In this document: positions 39,172 through 49,226 of the stretch, piece by piece | How positions within the stretch are numbered: the first letter of the stretch is position 1 | Layout of the letters: each line of letters opens with the position of its first letter | Assembly (NCBI GenBank): GCA_964443395.1 | Contig: CAYUCN010000001.1 | Coordinates: 1-61,188 of the forward strand | Length of the DNA: 61,188 nucleotides | Origin: an uncultured Candidatus Saccharibacteria bacterium | Lineage (GTDB): Bacteria > Patescibacteriota > Saccharimonadia > Saccharimonadales > Saccharimonadaceae | Direction: 5' to 3' | Notes under the pieces: generated by a model | What the model was told of the DNA's origin: nothing | The model's database searches: none | Seen by the model: only the letters and a program-made list of their open reading frames with translations | Translations under genes and position numbers: made by a program

Positions 39172-39515
39172 TTATATATTAATGATTCTCACTTCTTTTA
39201 TTTCCATCGCACAGAGTTTCCAGTCCAATAAGCGCCCCATCAGCGCCAACTCCAGATTATTGCTCGGCAGATCTCCTTGAAAGACTGCATTCGTTGGGTT
39301 GTACCACTTCGGGCACTCCAGCCGCAGCTTCTCATTCCACTCCAGCTGCAAACCTTCGCAGTGGCGCACCTCTTGCACCGCCAAATGCCATGCAATCCCC
39401 CGTTCTTCCGCGCGTTCCTGCTCTTCTGCCAAAAATCCGAATTCAGCACCAACCCTGGTATCGCCGTCACCGGATAATGCTGATCAGGCAAGCGATAAGT
39501 TACTATACGACTCAT
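39172..39515 (-). pseudogene. Hypothetical protein frameshifted at a T5 tract
   Basis: GGGGGA RBS and MSRIVTYRLP... join LAEEQERAEE... if one T is added at 39431-39435. Confidence 0.45.
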
Positions 39516-39819
39516 CTTTAGTATCCCCCACTTCACAAAATTTAAGGTGCAAAAGTACCCTAAGGCACCAAAAGCACCCCAGTATCCCCATATTATACCA
39601 CACATGCCTATTTTATCAAGTCATTCCACCGCTTGCATTATCAATTACATTATTATATAATTTCATCACCATGTTCGCTACCAAAGTTGTCATTTTTATG
39701 TCATAATATATCATCTCCGCGCTTGGCTTTATAAAAAATTATGTCATAATAAAATATTGCTTCGCCTCCATTCTTCTGCTATAATGTACCTAATATTCTT
39801 TGGAGGTAAATAGATATTT

Positions 39820-41127
39820 ATGGATACAGATTCCGAAAAACCAGCAACAACATCAGCCGATACCGCCGTAACGTCTGATACACTAGAGACAGCAGCCGAT
39901 GCAGCTCTTAATACGCTTGGTCAGATTGCTAATTCCGCTAATAGCGCCAGTGACAACCAAGATATCACTAATGAATCTTTCGATACGTCAGATAATACCG
40001 CTAACGAATCTTCTCCCAAATCTTCCGAAGCAGACTCTACAAATTCTAGCCTACCCGACGACGTCGCTAACATGCAAATCAACGACCACGCCGCCGCCGT
40101 CGCCGGCAACGATGACGACACCGAGCCCGAACCAACTTACTATCGCTCTGATAATCCGGCCTTCGATGTCTTCCATTGGGCTAACGAAATCGACGAAGTT
40201 AAAAATAATGTCTCCGTAGAATTATTCTTATTTAACAAAAATTATACACCTTTCCGCGTCCGTTATTCCGATAAGCTTACTGCCAGCGTCAAAGCCATGT
40301 TTATGCAAGAAGCCACTGGCTATATCATCAAAGAAGCCGACAAAGGTCTCGAATGTCGTGAATATGAAAAATCAGATGGTGAAGACCGCGTCATCTACCG
40401 CACTAAACTCAGCAACGTCGGTCGCGCCGAGACTTTAATTCATCTTATCGAACATGAATATCGCAACATCGACTCCTGGAACGATCATGTCGACGAATTT
40501 AAAAAAGTTAAAGGCATCATTGCTAAATTTACTTACCCTGGCGAAGACGGCGAGACTAAAGTCTTCTACATTGCCAAAGCTCTCTCTCCCTCCTCCGCTC
40601 TCAAAGGCGGCACCAGCTGGGAACTAAATGGTGAGAGCTTCGAACCTTTCTCTGCCGAAGTCGCCCTTAAAATGCCCGACGATAATCAAGTTGCCATCAT
40701 CGACGGCACCGTTGTCATCTTTAATCAAAGCAAATTCGAAAACTTATTTCAGTACGACTACAAATCTCAAGTTATTGCCGACGAAAAAGCCAAAGAACTA
40801 ACAAATAAATATAAGCTCTCCTTCGCCGAAGGCCTCACGCTTAATACGCTTTTGCAGGATAAAAAGCCTCTTGTCAAAAAACTCCAATCCCTCGATATCG
40901 CCGCCGAAATGCCCCAAGACAAACTCATCGACTACGCCGACGAAATGCAACTCGAACTCATGACCGACGACGACGGCTCCATCATCATCATGGACGATAA
41001 AGATCTTACTATGTTCGTCAATCTCTTAGCCGAAGATTACTTCATCTCGCCCGTCAACGGTCGCCGCTACGAAATCAAATCTAAAAAACTCCTCTCCGAA
41101 CCCGAAGGAGAGCCGCCACGAGGATAG
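39820..41127 (+). CDS. DUF4868/KwaB-like protein with acidic N-terminal extension
   Basis: VIFNQSKFENLFQY and FVNLLAEDYFISPVNGRRYE resemble DUF4868 (Kiwa KwaB); GGAGG RBS. Confidence 0.6.
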   Translation: MDTDSEKPATTSADTAVTSDTLETAADAALNTLGQIANSANSASDNQDITNESFDTSDNTANESSPKSSEADSTNSSLPDDVANMQINDHAAAVAGNDDDTEPEPTYYRSDNPAFDVFHWANEIDEVKNNVSVELFLFNKNYTPFRVRYSDKLTASVKAMFMQEATGYIIKEADKGLECREYEKSDGEDRVIYRTKLSNVGRAETLIHLIEHEYRNIDSWNDHVDEFKKVKGIIAKFTYPGEDGETKVFYIAKALSPSSALKGGTSWELNGESFEPFSAEVALKMPDDNQVAIIDGTVVIFNQSKFENLFQYDYKSQVIADEKAKELTNKYKLSFAEGLTLNTLLQDKKPLVKKLQSLDIAAEMPQDKLIDYADEMQLELMTDDDGSIIIMDDKDLTMFVNLLAEDYFISPVNGRRYEIKSKKLLSEPEGEPPRG

Positions 41128-41165
41128 ACCTACAAAAAATTAGCTTATGTTTTTGTTTTATTGTA

Positions 41166-41290
41166 TGGAAATAGTGCGAATCTCTTTGCGAAAGACTAAA
41201 AGAGCGAGCACACGCGCAGCGAGGAGTGAGCGCCCCGTGTGGACGGGCGCGCGAACGGGTCTTGAGCAAAGATGGTTCGCACTGTTTCCA
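41166..41290. repeat. REP-like hairpin repeat, family B copy 1
   Basis: 99-bp core 96/99 identical to 43237-43335, with its own closing stem. Confidence 0.9.
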
Positions 41291-41336
41291 TTACATTGAC
41301 AACCATAATCATAAAAGGTGATATAATATATAGTAT

Positions 41337-43184
41337 ATGAGCAAAATCCTAATCATCGGCAACGTCCTCAAAGACGTTTATATCAAACTAGACGATCGTC
41401 AAAACGATTACGAAACCGACGAACATGGTATCGATTGGCTTAACCTCGGTTTTAACGGCGCTGCACACAGTTTCTTTCGTCGTACAAGTGTCTATGGTGG
41501 CGCCGCCGTTTCGCTCACTACCTTACAAAGATTAGGTCTTAATGCCGAGATTCTTAACTCTCGCACTTCCGTCAAGGATGGCGAAATCGTTTGGTCTGAT
41601 GAACCAGTTAACTATCGTTACATCTTCTGCCATAAAGAAGAAATTACCTATTTTGTTCCTAGCAGTCGCCGCGTCACAGATTGGTCCATGCCCGATGGCA
41701 CGCCCGAATGGATTCTAGTCGATCGCTCCGCTAACATTTCTACTCGCCTTGTTGATGAAATCAAAAACTTCCTCAATTTCTCCCCTACTACCAAGCTTGC
41801 CGTTCACGGCGAACGCCATACCACCCCGGCCGGCAAACGCCTGCAAGACATGGCCAACATTCTCTTCCGTGAAGACGAGCCCGCCCTACACCCCACCGTC
41901 GAAATCGTTGATAAATCCCCCTTAGATAAACCAAACACTCAGCTCGTTTGCCATATTAGCCCCCGCAAAATCATCCTCAGCGACGCCGAAGAAAGCTGGT
42001 CTCTTAGCAAGACCGATATGATGACTCACCTTACCGTCTATTCCACTATTGTTGCCACTATTCTCGGCGTTATCTCTATAGGTGGCTCCGCCGCCGACGC
42101 CGTCCTCTGGGCTAGACTTAATGCCGAGCAAGCTACCATCGCCGGATCCCTTTCCGCTAAAAAACTCCAAGAACTCGCTACAATCGAACGTGGGAAACGT
42201 GCCAACCTACCCTTCATCGCTAAACTTATTATGGCTCCCAAAAAAGGCATCCTCGCCATGGACGAATCTGATAACAAACTTACTGCGCGTCTCGTTAAGC
42301 ACGGCATCGCCGGTAATGAATCTCAGCGCAAGGCTTATCGCGAACTTATTCTTACTACGCCAGATTTAGAACGATACATTAGCGCCGTCATTCTCAGTGA
42401 TAGCAGTGCCAAGCAAAAGATCAAACGCGGCCAGCCAATTAGCAGCTACATCACTAGTAAAGGCATTATACCTGGAATTAAGCTCGATCAAGGTCTTGCT
42501 GAGATTATTCAAACCGGAGAAACTTACACTTATGGCTCCCAAGGCCTCTACGAGCGCGCTCGTGATGCCTATAATAACGGCTTTCGTTTTGCCAAATGGC
42601 GCGCCCAGTTCGAAATCCGCAAAAACCAACCCAGTTTTATCGCCGTAGAAAAGAACGCTAAACTCCTAGCTAGCTTCGCTAAAGAATGTCAGCTTGCCGG
42701 CATCGTCCCCATTATCGAATCCGATATCCTCTGGGCTGGAGACTACACCATCGAAGATTGCGCCGCCGTCACCGACCGCGTCCTCTGCACTATCTTCGAG
42801 AAACTTCAACAACGCTATGTAGACTTATCTGGCTGCATTCTCAAGACCAATATGGTCATCAGTGGCGAAGATTCAAATCAACCTGCTACTAGCAGCGAAA
42901 TCGGCATGGCCACCGCCGCCATCATTCGTCACGCCGTACCTAGATATACCGCCGGAGTACTATTTCTTAGTGGCGGCCAAGAGCCTAAAATCGCCACTCA
43001 AAATTTCACTGCCATCTGTCAAAACGCCCCATACCCTTGGCCAGTTAGTTTTGCTTTTGGGCGTGCTTTGCAAGAACCAGCCATGAAGCTCTGGAAGGGT
43101 AAATCAGAAAACATCGTCTCCGCTCAAGCTGCACTCAAGCGTTACCTAGAAGCCGACACCGACGCCCTGCGCTACCTCCGCTAA
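41337..43184 (+). CDS. fba: PfkB-like domain fused to class I fructose-bisphosphate aldolase
   Basis: C-half: KGILAMDES, GIIPGIKLDQG, FAKWRA, VPIIE, ILKTNMV (Schiff-base Lys), FLSGGQ, FAFGRALQ; N-half: IIGNVLKD, GGAA..SL..LQRLG. Confidence 0.85.
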   Translation: MSKILIIGNVLKDVYIKLDDRQNDYETDEHGIDWLNLGFNGAAHSFFRRTSVYGGAAVSLTTLQRLGLNAEILNSRTSVKDGEIVWSDEPVNYRYIFCHKEEITYFVPSSRRVTDWSMPDGTPEWILVDRSANISTRLVDEIKNFLNFSPTTKLAVHGERHTTPAGKRLQDMANILFREDEPALHPTVEIVDKSPLDKPNTQLVCHISPRKIILSDAEESWSLSKTDMMTHLTVYSTIVATILGVISIGGSAADAVLWARLNAEQATIAGSLSAKKLQELATIERGKRANLPFIAKLIMAPKKGILAMDESDNKLTARLVKHGIAGNESQRKAYRELILTTPDLERYISAVILSDSSAKQKIKRGQPISSYITSKGIIPGIKLDQGLAEIIQTGETYTYGSQGLYERARDAYNNGFRFAKWRAQFEIRKNQPSFIAVEKNAKLLASFAKECQLAGIVPIIESDILWAGDYTIEDCAAVTDRVLCTIFEKLQQRYVDLSGCILKTNMVISGEDSNQPATSSEIGMATAAIIRHAVPRYTAGVLFLSGGQEPKIATQNFTAICQNAPYPWPVSFAFGRALQEPAMKLWKGKSENIVSAQAALKRYLEADTDALRYLR

Positions 43185-43223
43185 CTTCTTCGAATAAAGA
43201 ATGGCGAAGGACGATAATAATAA

Positions 43224-43348
43224 GGGCGGTGGTGTAAATCTCTTTGCGAAAGACTAAAAGAGCGAGCACACGCGCAGCGAGGAATGAGCGCCCCGTGTGG
43301 ACGGGCGCGCGAGCGGGTCTTGAGCGAAGATGGTTTACACCACCGCCC
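43224..43348. repeat. REP-like hairpin repeat, family B copy 2
   Basis: Direct repeat of 41166-41290 with a different outer stem. Confidence 0.9.
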
Positions 43349-43353
43349 AACCA

Positions 43354-43384
43354 AATAATCCCTCCTTCCGAAGGGATTATTTTT
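43354..43384. terminator. Bidirectional terminator between fba and rplY
   Basis: AAATAATCCCT / AGGGATTATTT. Confidence 0.75.
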
Positions 43385-43397
43385 GTATCTAGTGGCA

Positions 43398-44048
43398 TTA
43401 CTCAGCTTTATTCTCTTCCGCTGGCGCCGCCTCTTCCTCGGTCGCGTTCTCCACCTTTGCATCTTCAGCTTCGCGTGCTGCTGCTTCGGCCGCTGGATCA
43501 TATACGTTCGCAATCACCGTCTCCGCCGCCAATTCTTTATCAGCCAACTCTACACCATTAGGTAATTGCAAATCCGCAATAGTTAGCTTATCGTCGGTAC
43601 TAACTAGCTTAGCGCCATCCACTACCAACTCACTCGGCAAATCCGAAGGCTTCGCCTTTACCGATACTTCTTCCACTACTTGCAAAATCACATAGTGGAA
43701 CTTAGCTGCCTCTGATTGTTCAAAATTCACAATCACAATCGGCGTCGATGCCTCTACGATCTCGTCCGCCGAAACCGCCTGGAATTCCACGTTAATAATC
43801 CTACGATTCACCGGATTCACAGCTACATTCTTCACGATCGCCAATTGCTTCTTGCCATCAATATCTAGCTCTACCGGTGAATGATAACCAGCTTCTTTTA
43901 GCACTTTATCCGTCGCGTTATAAGCTGAACTCGCCAAAATTGGCTCGCCAGCACCATACACCACCGACGGAATCAAACCCGCCTCGCGCAGAGCCTTTAC
44001 CTTATGTCCCTGCTCAGTCCGTTTGTTCAAAGCTAATTGTATCGACAT
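43398..44048 (-). CDS. rplY: 50S ribosomal protein L25/Ctc
   Basis: LREAGLIPSVVYG, RIINVEF, C-terminal TL5-like domain, acidic tail. Confidence 0.93.
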   Translation of the reverse strand: MSIQLALNKRTEQGHKVKALREAGLIPSVVYGAGEPILASSAYNATDKVLKEAGYHSPVELDIDGKKQLAIVKNVAVNPVNRRIINVEFQAVSADEIVEASTPIVIVNFEQSEAAKFHYVILQVVEEVSVKAKPSDLPSELVVDGAKLVSTDDKLTIADLQLPNGVELADKELAAETVIANVYDPAAEAAAREAEDAKVENATEEEAAPAEENKAE

Positions 44049-44179
44049 CTTCTTAATAACTCCTTTTACTAAAAAATAATTCTACCTTTATACCATTTTA
44101 CTACATTCTTCCCTGTTTTGCAATAATACCATAGACGCACATTGCATCAACCCTAAACACAGATTACATCAAATACCCA

Positions 44180-44788
44180 TCAAAACTTCAACAAGTCTAT
44201 CAGCCCATCTACGTCCGTAGTAGGCCCATCATCTAATACATTATCACCATAAACTCTACGTAACCTTTTTGCCTCCTCGCTAGCTAATGCTATTGTTTCA
44301 ACTGTTACTGTTTCATCGGCAATAAGCTTTGCATTCTTTCCCCTCAATAAGCCTAAATCCTCCGCCATTCTCTGTGCATTCTTTCTATCCCGAGCTTCAG
44401 CCGTCACCAACATCTTATGACACAAGAGCCACACCTCAAATGATTCATGCGAGCATAAAGGAATAATATGTTTTTTACGAGCCTCTCCCAATAATTCTTC
44501 AAACGATACACGGTTATTCGCATTCTTACAGTGTTCGTCTATGTCGCAAACAATAAAAACACTATCATAATTACCATTACTCATCATCCTTAGTGCAACA
44601 CGCACCAAATCCTTGAAATGCTTCACCGACTCCACTATAATCACATCCTTCGACAACCGATTGAGTCGCTCAAAATATGATGTCTCGGTTATCCTACCAT
44701 CGGTTACCACCAAATAACGATTGGCCTCCTCCCTAGAACACCGATCACGCATAATTTTAATGGTCCTATTATGCATCAACATCATCAT
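44180..44788 (-). CDS. rloB: RloB/AbiLii-like TOPRIM-fold protein
   Basis: YLVVTDG..TE.SYF, VFIVCDID, SHESFEVWLLCH, P.TDV..L; overlaps the end of the ATPase gene. Confidence 0.8.
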   Translation of the reverse strand: MMMLMHNRTIKIMRDRCSREEANRYLVVTDGRITETSYFERLNRLSKDVIIVESVKHFKDLVRVALRMMSNGNYDSVFIVCDIDEHCKNANNRVSFEELLGEARKKHIIPLCSHESFEVWLLCHKMLVTAEARDRKNAQRMAEDLGLLRGKNAKLIADETVTVETIALASEEAKRLRRVYGDNVLDDGPTTDVDGLIDLLKF

Positions 44789-46163
44789 GCTCCATCCAAT
44801 AAGCCCCTACTCTAGAAGCAATCGACACTCTCGGTACAGCACCATAACGCCCCTCGACATATTTACGATATAAGTTATCATCCTTCCTCGTCGTCTTTTT
44901 AATATCGGTTAACGGATATAATTCAGATACTCCGTCTTGCCCTTTCTCTACAAACCATACTTCATCTCTGCCTAAAATCTCTTTTCCATAAATAGTCTTA
45001 TCCAGCAAGGAAATATCATGTGTCGTAAAAATCAATTGCGCTCCATGCGGGTTTAGTTCAAGATTATTAAATATATTCACTATTTGAGATACTAACATCG
45101 GATGCAGACTACATTCTAGCTCATCTACAACAAATACCATCCCCATCGCTAAAATCGGGATTAGCTGCGCAAATAACGCCGTCGCAGATAGCGTACCACG
45201 CGATTCCTGTTCAATATCAAAATCCGTATAAACGTTATTCACTAAATGACCAAAAAAAAGCTTTAATTCCTTCTTCGATACAACACCAAGCCTCTCGTCT
45301 AGCTCTCCATCCGTAATGTCAGGCTTCTCCAATCTAATCACGCTTTTCAGAGCTTCAACCATTATTGATTGTTGCTCCGCAGATAAAAACCGATTATCCG
45401 CATCTACTTCCTTTGTATCAACTTGCATAATTCCAAAATCAGCAGCAGGCAATATCATATTTAACCAACTTCTAGCATCTTGATACTTATTTAGAACACT
45501 AGGAATACCCTCGATCGAAGAACTCGCTTCGGAAGCCGTACGCATAAATATCTTATTCATAAAGTAATCATAAACTATAGATATGTGCTCGTTTGAAGCC
45601 TCTTTCGTATCGTGCAAAAAGCCTAACAGGCTAAGAGTAACTTTATTCTTCAGAAAATTCGGTATTGCGTTTCTTTGATCTCTAGGAAAATCCTTATCCA
45701 ACTTCATTAGCTCTCCCCCCTGTTTCTTTTTATTATATTGCCGCTCAAAGACTGCAGTCGGACGCGACGACAGATACACTAAAAGAGATTCATACTCAAT
45801 ATAATCATCATTATAGCGCACCTCATAAGAATACCTCCGCCGTTCTTTTCCGGCTATAAAAACAAGCTTAAACTCTATAGGGTCACTATTCTCGTCAGCA
45901 AATTTATATTTCCGGCCATATTTCACATCTCCATCTTCCTTTCGCTCCGTTGTCGTAGCCTTCTCGCGCAAAGCATCTAGTGCCTCCAATACGCCAGTTT
46001 TTCCAGCTGCATTTGCACCATAAATCGCCGCCACATAAACAGCATCATTAAAAGCTGTATCCGATATTAAATTCTCCGTTGTAATATTAGTTCTCTGTCT
46101 CATCGATAAACGCTGCGTATTTTTAAAACTTTTAAAATTAGAGAACTCAAAATCCAATAACAT
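44769..46163 (-). CDS. rloA: RloA/AbiLi-like AAA_21 ATPase
   Basis: FSNFKSF, IYGANAAGKT, ESRGT, VVDELECSLHP, QLIFTTHD, RDEVWFVEK, Y.EGRYGAVP. Confidence 0.88.
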   Translation of the reverse strand: MLLDFEFSNFKSFKNTQRLSMRQRTNITTENLISDTAFNDAVYVAAIYGANAAGKTGVLEALDALREKATTTERKEDGDVKYGRKYKFADENSDPIEFKLVFIAGKERRRYSYEVRYNDDYIEYESLLVYLSSRPTAVFERQYNKKKQGGELMKLDKDFPRDQRNAIPNFLKNKVTLSLLGFLHDTKEASNEHISIVYDYFMNKIFMRTASEASSSIEGIPSVLNKYQDARSWLNMILPAADFGIMQVDTKEVDADNRFLSAEQQSIMVEALKSVIRLEKPDITDGELDERLGVVSKKELKLFFGHLVNNVYTDFDIEQESRGTLSATALFAQLIPILAMGMVFVVDELECSLHPMLVSQIVNIFNNLELNPHGAQLIFTTHDISLLDKTIYGKEILGRDEVWFVEKGQDGVSELYPLTDIKKTTRKDDNLYRKYVEGRYGAVPRVSIASRVGAYWMEHDDVDA

Positions 46164-46361
46164 AACCTCGTATCCTACTTACATTTACCATTTTCTTGCT
46201 ATCATTATACTATAAATGCTGCTAAAATCAACACAAGATTGCATTTTTTGCAGTTTTTCTGCATTTTTCTCATTTCCACTATTGATCTTTACCGCGCTCA
46301 AAATATCACTAGCCACAAAGCTAGCAGACTGTCAGACCGAAGCTCCCAATATACCATTCCA

Positions 46362-48089
46362 CTATTTCAAAGCGTTTATCTTGCCATTTTTACTATAAAC
46401 CAAATGTTCGTTTTCAAAAAGCTGATTAAATACCGCACAAAATTGCGCCCCCGAACTAACCCCCATATTACTTAAATCGCAAGTCACCAACGTATCCTTC
46501 AAATCTCGTAAAGTTATTCCAAGCTTGTTCCAATTTTCCCCCGCAAAATTAAAAATCCATCCTTCCACCGTATCCCGATACACTTCATCCGTAAAGCATG
46601 AAGCCACAGCTCCTTCTCCACGATTATACCGTGCAATAGTCTTAGCCAATATTCCGTCGTACTTATACAGTATATTATTAAAAATCTGCTCGAACCGTTT
46701 CATGCGACTTAACCCATCGCTGCATGGAACATACTTACCTTTAGCCACATCACTGTTTAAAGAATTTACCAACCCTCGTTCAACTTTACCCAGTATCAAA
46801 GCCGAAACATCACTAATACCACGAGGTAATCCCCATTCCATATGAAATGGATCGCTATCAGACATTACGTTCCAAGCTACTTCCCCCTTCCAATTATCCA
46901 TATCGCCTTCTAAAATATCTACCAGGCATTTTATTAGTACCGCTGCCAACACCGCTCTATATCTGTAGACGCCCCTATCATACTCACCAGCCTGCCTGCG
47001 AATCTGCCTCAATAGAATCTCCTCCACTATTTGAAATTGAGATCTCAACTTCACAGCATATTGTTCCGGCAAATACTTATTCAAGTATTTCTCTGGATGA
47101 TAAATCTGCATTTTCTCCAACTGTTGAATTACTGCCTTTGTTTCCATCGGAATAATAATCTTTACAAACGTAAATCTTCGTAAAACCGACAATAGGGATA
47201 ATATTCGTATTATATCTTCACCTAACACACGATCCATATCGTCAATAATAATTATTAGCTGTGGTCGACTAGCCTGCTTCTCTTTTTTAAAGGCTTTTAC
47301 ATAGGAATTATTGATCCCGTAAATCAATTCCTCAGTTATTAGCATCTCTTTCGAATTTATCACCGCCTTGAGCATTTCAATTACCGTCTTTGACATGTCT
47401 GATTCAAGATTATTAAGAAGTGCTGCAAAGCCTTTTCGATCCTCTATCCCCCACTCCAACAATACGTCCTCTAGACTCTTAATAATATCTCGATTAAATT
47501 CCCTGATTCCATTCGTATATCTAAAAGCTGAAGCATAAATATATCGACGATTCACCTGGATATCATATCCCAAGCTATCTACCGCCATTAGTACATTTGA
47601 AGTTTTACCATCACCCCACGGTGCGCTTACTACTAACACATCCCGGTCCATAACATCTGTCATCAAAAACTCCCGAATCGGCTCAAAATTTCTTCGTAAT
47701 AATTGCCCTACTTCTCTCTGCGCCTCTCCCGAACTTTTTGAGCCCAACATCGTCAACGTCGCCTCAAGCACTGATACGATGGCGATTCTTTTATTTTGTG
47801 AGCGTAACACACCCTGCACATACTGTAGATCATGCGTAATAGGCTTCTTCAATACCATTCGTCCTAACGCCACCACTAAAGCGCACCAAAACACTAATAG
47901 TATTCCTACGCCTACCATATAATAATTTTTATAGCTTACCCAACTCACGTTTAATCCATTCGGGATAAGTTCTTCAATCACTACTCTCGACACCTCTGCA
48001 AAGCTAGTCAAAAAAGTCAGCCCCACTACTAGCAACAATGCAGTCATGCAAGTTGCCGCAACCATAAAACAAGCTTTTCTTCGCATCAT
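46362..48089 (-). CDS. KAP-family P-loop NTPase with two N-terminal TM segments
   Basis: VVSAPWGDGKTS, IIIIDDMDR, YLNKY. Confidence 0.8.
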   Translation of the reverse strand: MMRRKACFMVAATCMTALLLVVGLTFLTSFAEVSRVVIEELIPNGLNVSWVSYKNYYMVGVGILLVFWCALVVALGRMVLKKPITHDLQYVQGVLRSQNKRIAIVSVLEATLTMLGSKSSGEAQREVGQLLRRNFEPIREFLMTDVMDRDVLVVSAPWGDGKTSNVLMAVDSLGYDIQVNRRYIYASAFRYTNGIREFNRDIIKSLEDVLLEWGIEDRKGFAALLNNLESDMSKTVIEMLKAVINSKEMLITEELIYGINNSYVKAFKKEKQASRPQLIIIIDDMDRVLGEDIIRILSLLSVLRRFTFVKIIIPMETKAVIQQLEKMQIYHPEKYLNKYLPEQYAVKLRSQFQIVEEILLRQIRRQAGEYDRGVYRYRAVLAAVLIKCLVDILEGDMDNWKGEVAWNVMSDSDPFHMEWGLPRGISDVSALILGKVERGLVNSLNSDVAKGKYVPCSDGLSRMKRFEQIFNNILYKYDGILAKTIARYNRGEGAVASCFTDEVYRDTVEGWIFNFAGENWNKLGITLRDLKDTLVTCDLSNMGVSSGAQFCAVFNQLFENEHLVYSKNGKINALK

Positions 48090-48202
48090 TCTCCTTTCTT
48101 TTCCACTCTAATAATACTACCTTATTATCCCATCATCGTCAATAAGCCTAAATAATCCCCGACCAACTCGAGGATTATTTATAGCTAGCTTAGATTATCG
48201 CT

Positions 48203-49123
48203 CTACGCTTCTTTCTTCCGTCTCACCACCCGGCTCACAATCCAGAATATCGCGCAGAAAATAATCAATAGCACAATAAACAAGAACCAAATCGGACAAA
48301 GAAAGACCAATTTTTCTTCTACACTCTCACTATCGAAGATCTTCACCGTCTGCCGCACTTTAAAAATCCCCAGCTGCGGCGCCCCTTCCCATTCTATCTG
48401 ATTAAATCGCTTTGTTCCAGGGAAAACAATACTATCCTCTGGTTCTTCCTCATTGGTATATACCTCCTCATCACTAAATAGCGGAAACACTTGCAAATAA
48501 TATTTAGCAATCGCATAAACGTTTCCTGTATTCTCGACTACTGACGTGGCTGAAATTGGTGGATTAAACAAGAATCCAGACACTTTATTCTCCACGACCT
48601 TTCCAGTCTCAATCAAATCACCATTGACGTTCGCATAAATCAAATACGCCACCCGATTCGTAGCTTGTATGGCATTCTCGTCAATCTCGCCACTCTCCGC
48701 AATCTGAGTAATAATAGCCGCACTTTGAAATCCACCATGCATATCATCCGGCACGTCTATAGTATATGATATCTTTTTTTCTTCATTCGGCTCCAATAAT
48801 CCAGAATCGATATCTAACGTAATCCAATTTGTTATCTCAGTATAAGTAGATTCTGCACTAAAATCCGCTGAGTAGTGATCATCTTTTACAGAATATGGAG
48901 CTATGACAGTCTCAAAATTAAACGCCTTGCTGCCAGTATTCTTCACTGTAAACGACCCTTCGTGCACCTCTCCAGATTTTAATTCTTCGATTCGCTCTTT
49001 TGCCGGAGAAATCCGCAATCGATAATCCGGCGTATCCTCTGCATATGTAATATGATTACAGAACATGCACCCTACACTTAAACACAGCATCAACACCATT
49101 AAAATTTTACAAAACCTCTTCAT
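48203..49123 (-). CDS. DUF916-like WxL-associated membrane-anchored protein
   Basis: Signal peptide, ISP..., VKNTG, NWI, YTIDVP, VENTGN, C-terminal TM and basic tail. Confidence 0.7.
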   Translation of the reverse strand: MKRFCKILMVLMLCLSVGCMFCNHITYAEDTPDYRLRISPAKERIEELKSGEVHEGSFTVKNTGSKAFNFETVIAPYSVKDDHYSADFSAESTYTEITNWITLDIDSGLLEPNEEKKISYTIDVPDDMHGGFQSAAIITQIAESGEIDENAIQATNRVAYLIYANVNGDLIETGKVVENKVSGFLFNPPISATSVVENTGNVYAIAKYYLQVFPLFSDEEVYTNEEEPEDSIVFPGTKRFNQIEWEGAPQLGIFKVRQTVKIFDSESVEEKLVFLCPIWFLFIVLLIIFCAIFWIVSRVVRRKKEA

Positions 49124-49226
49124 TTACCTCCTTCTTGTTTCTTATTACATTCTATCATACTTTTTTATAATAGTAAAATCGCCCCATTCACAGAGGCGAC
49201 TTTTACTAGATTATATCTCACATAAG

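Noticed and set aside
41081-43561. Short ORFs containing RSRARPHGAL (41081-41269, 43135-43561)
   Set aside because: They are translations of the hairpin repeat, not genes
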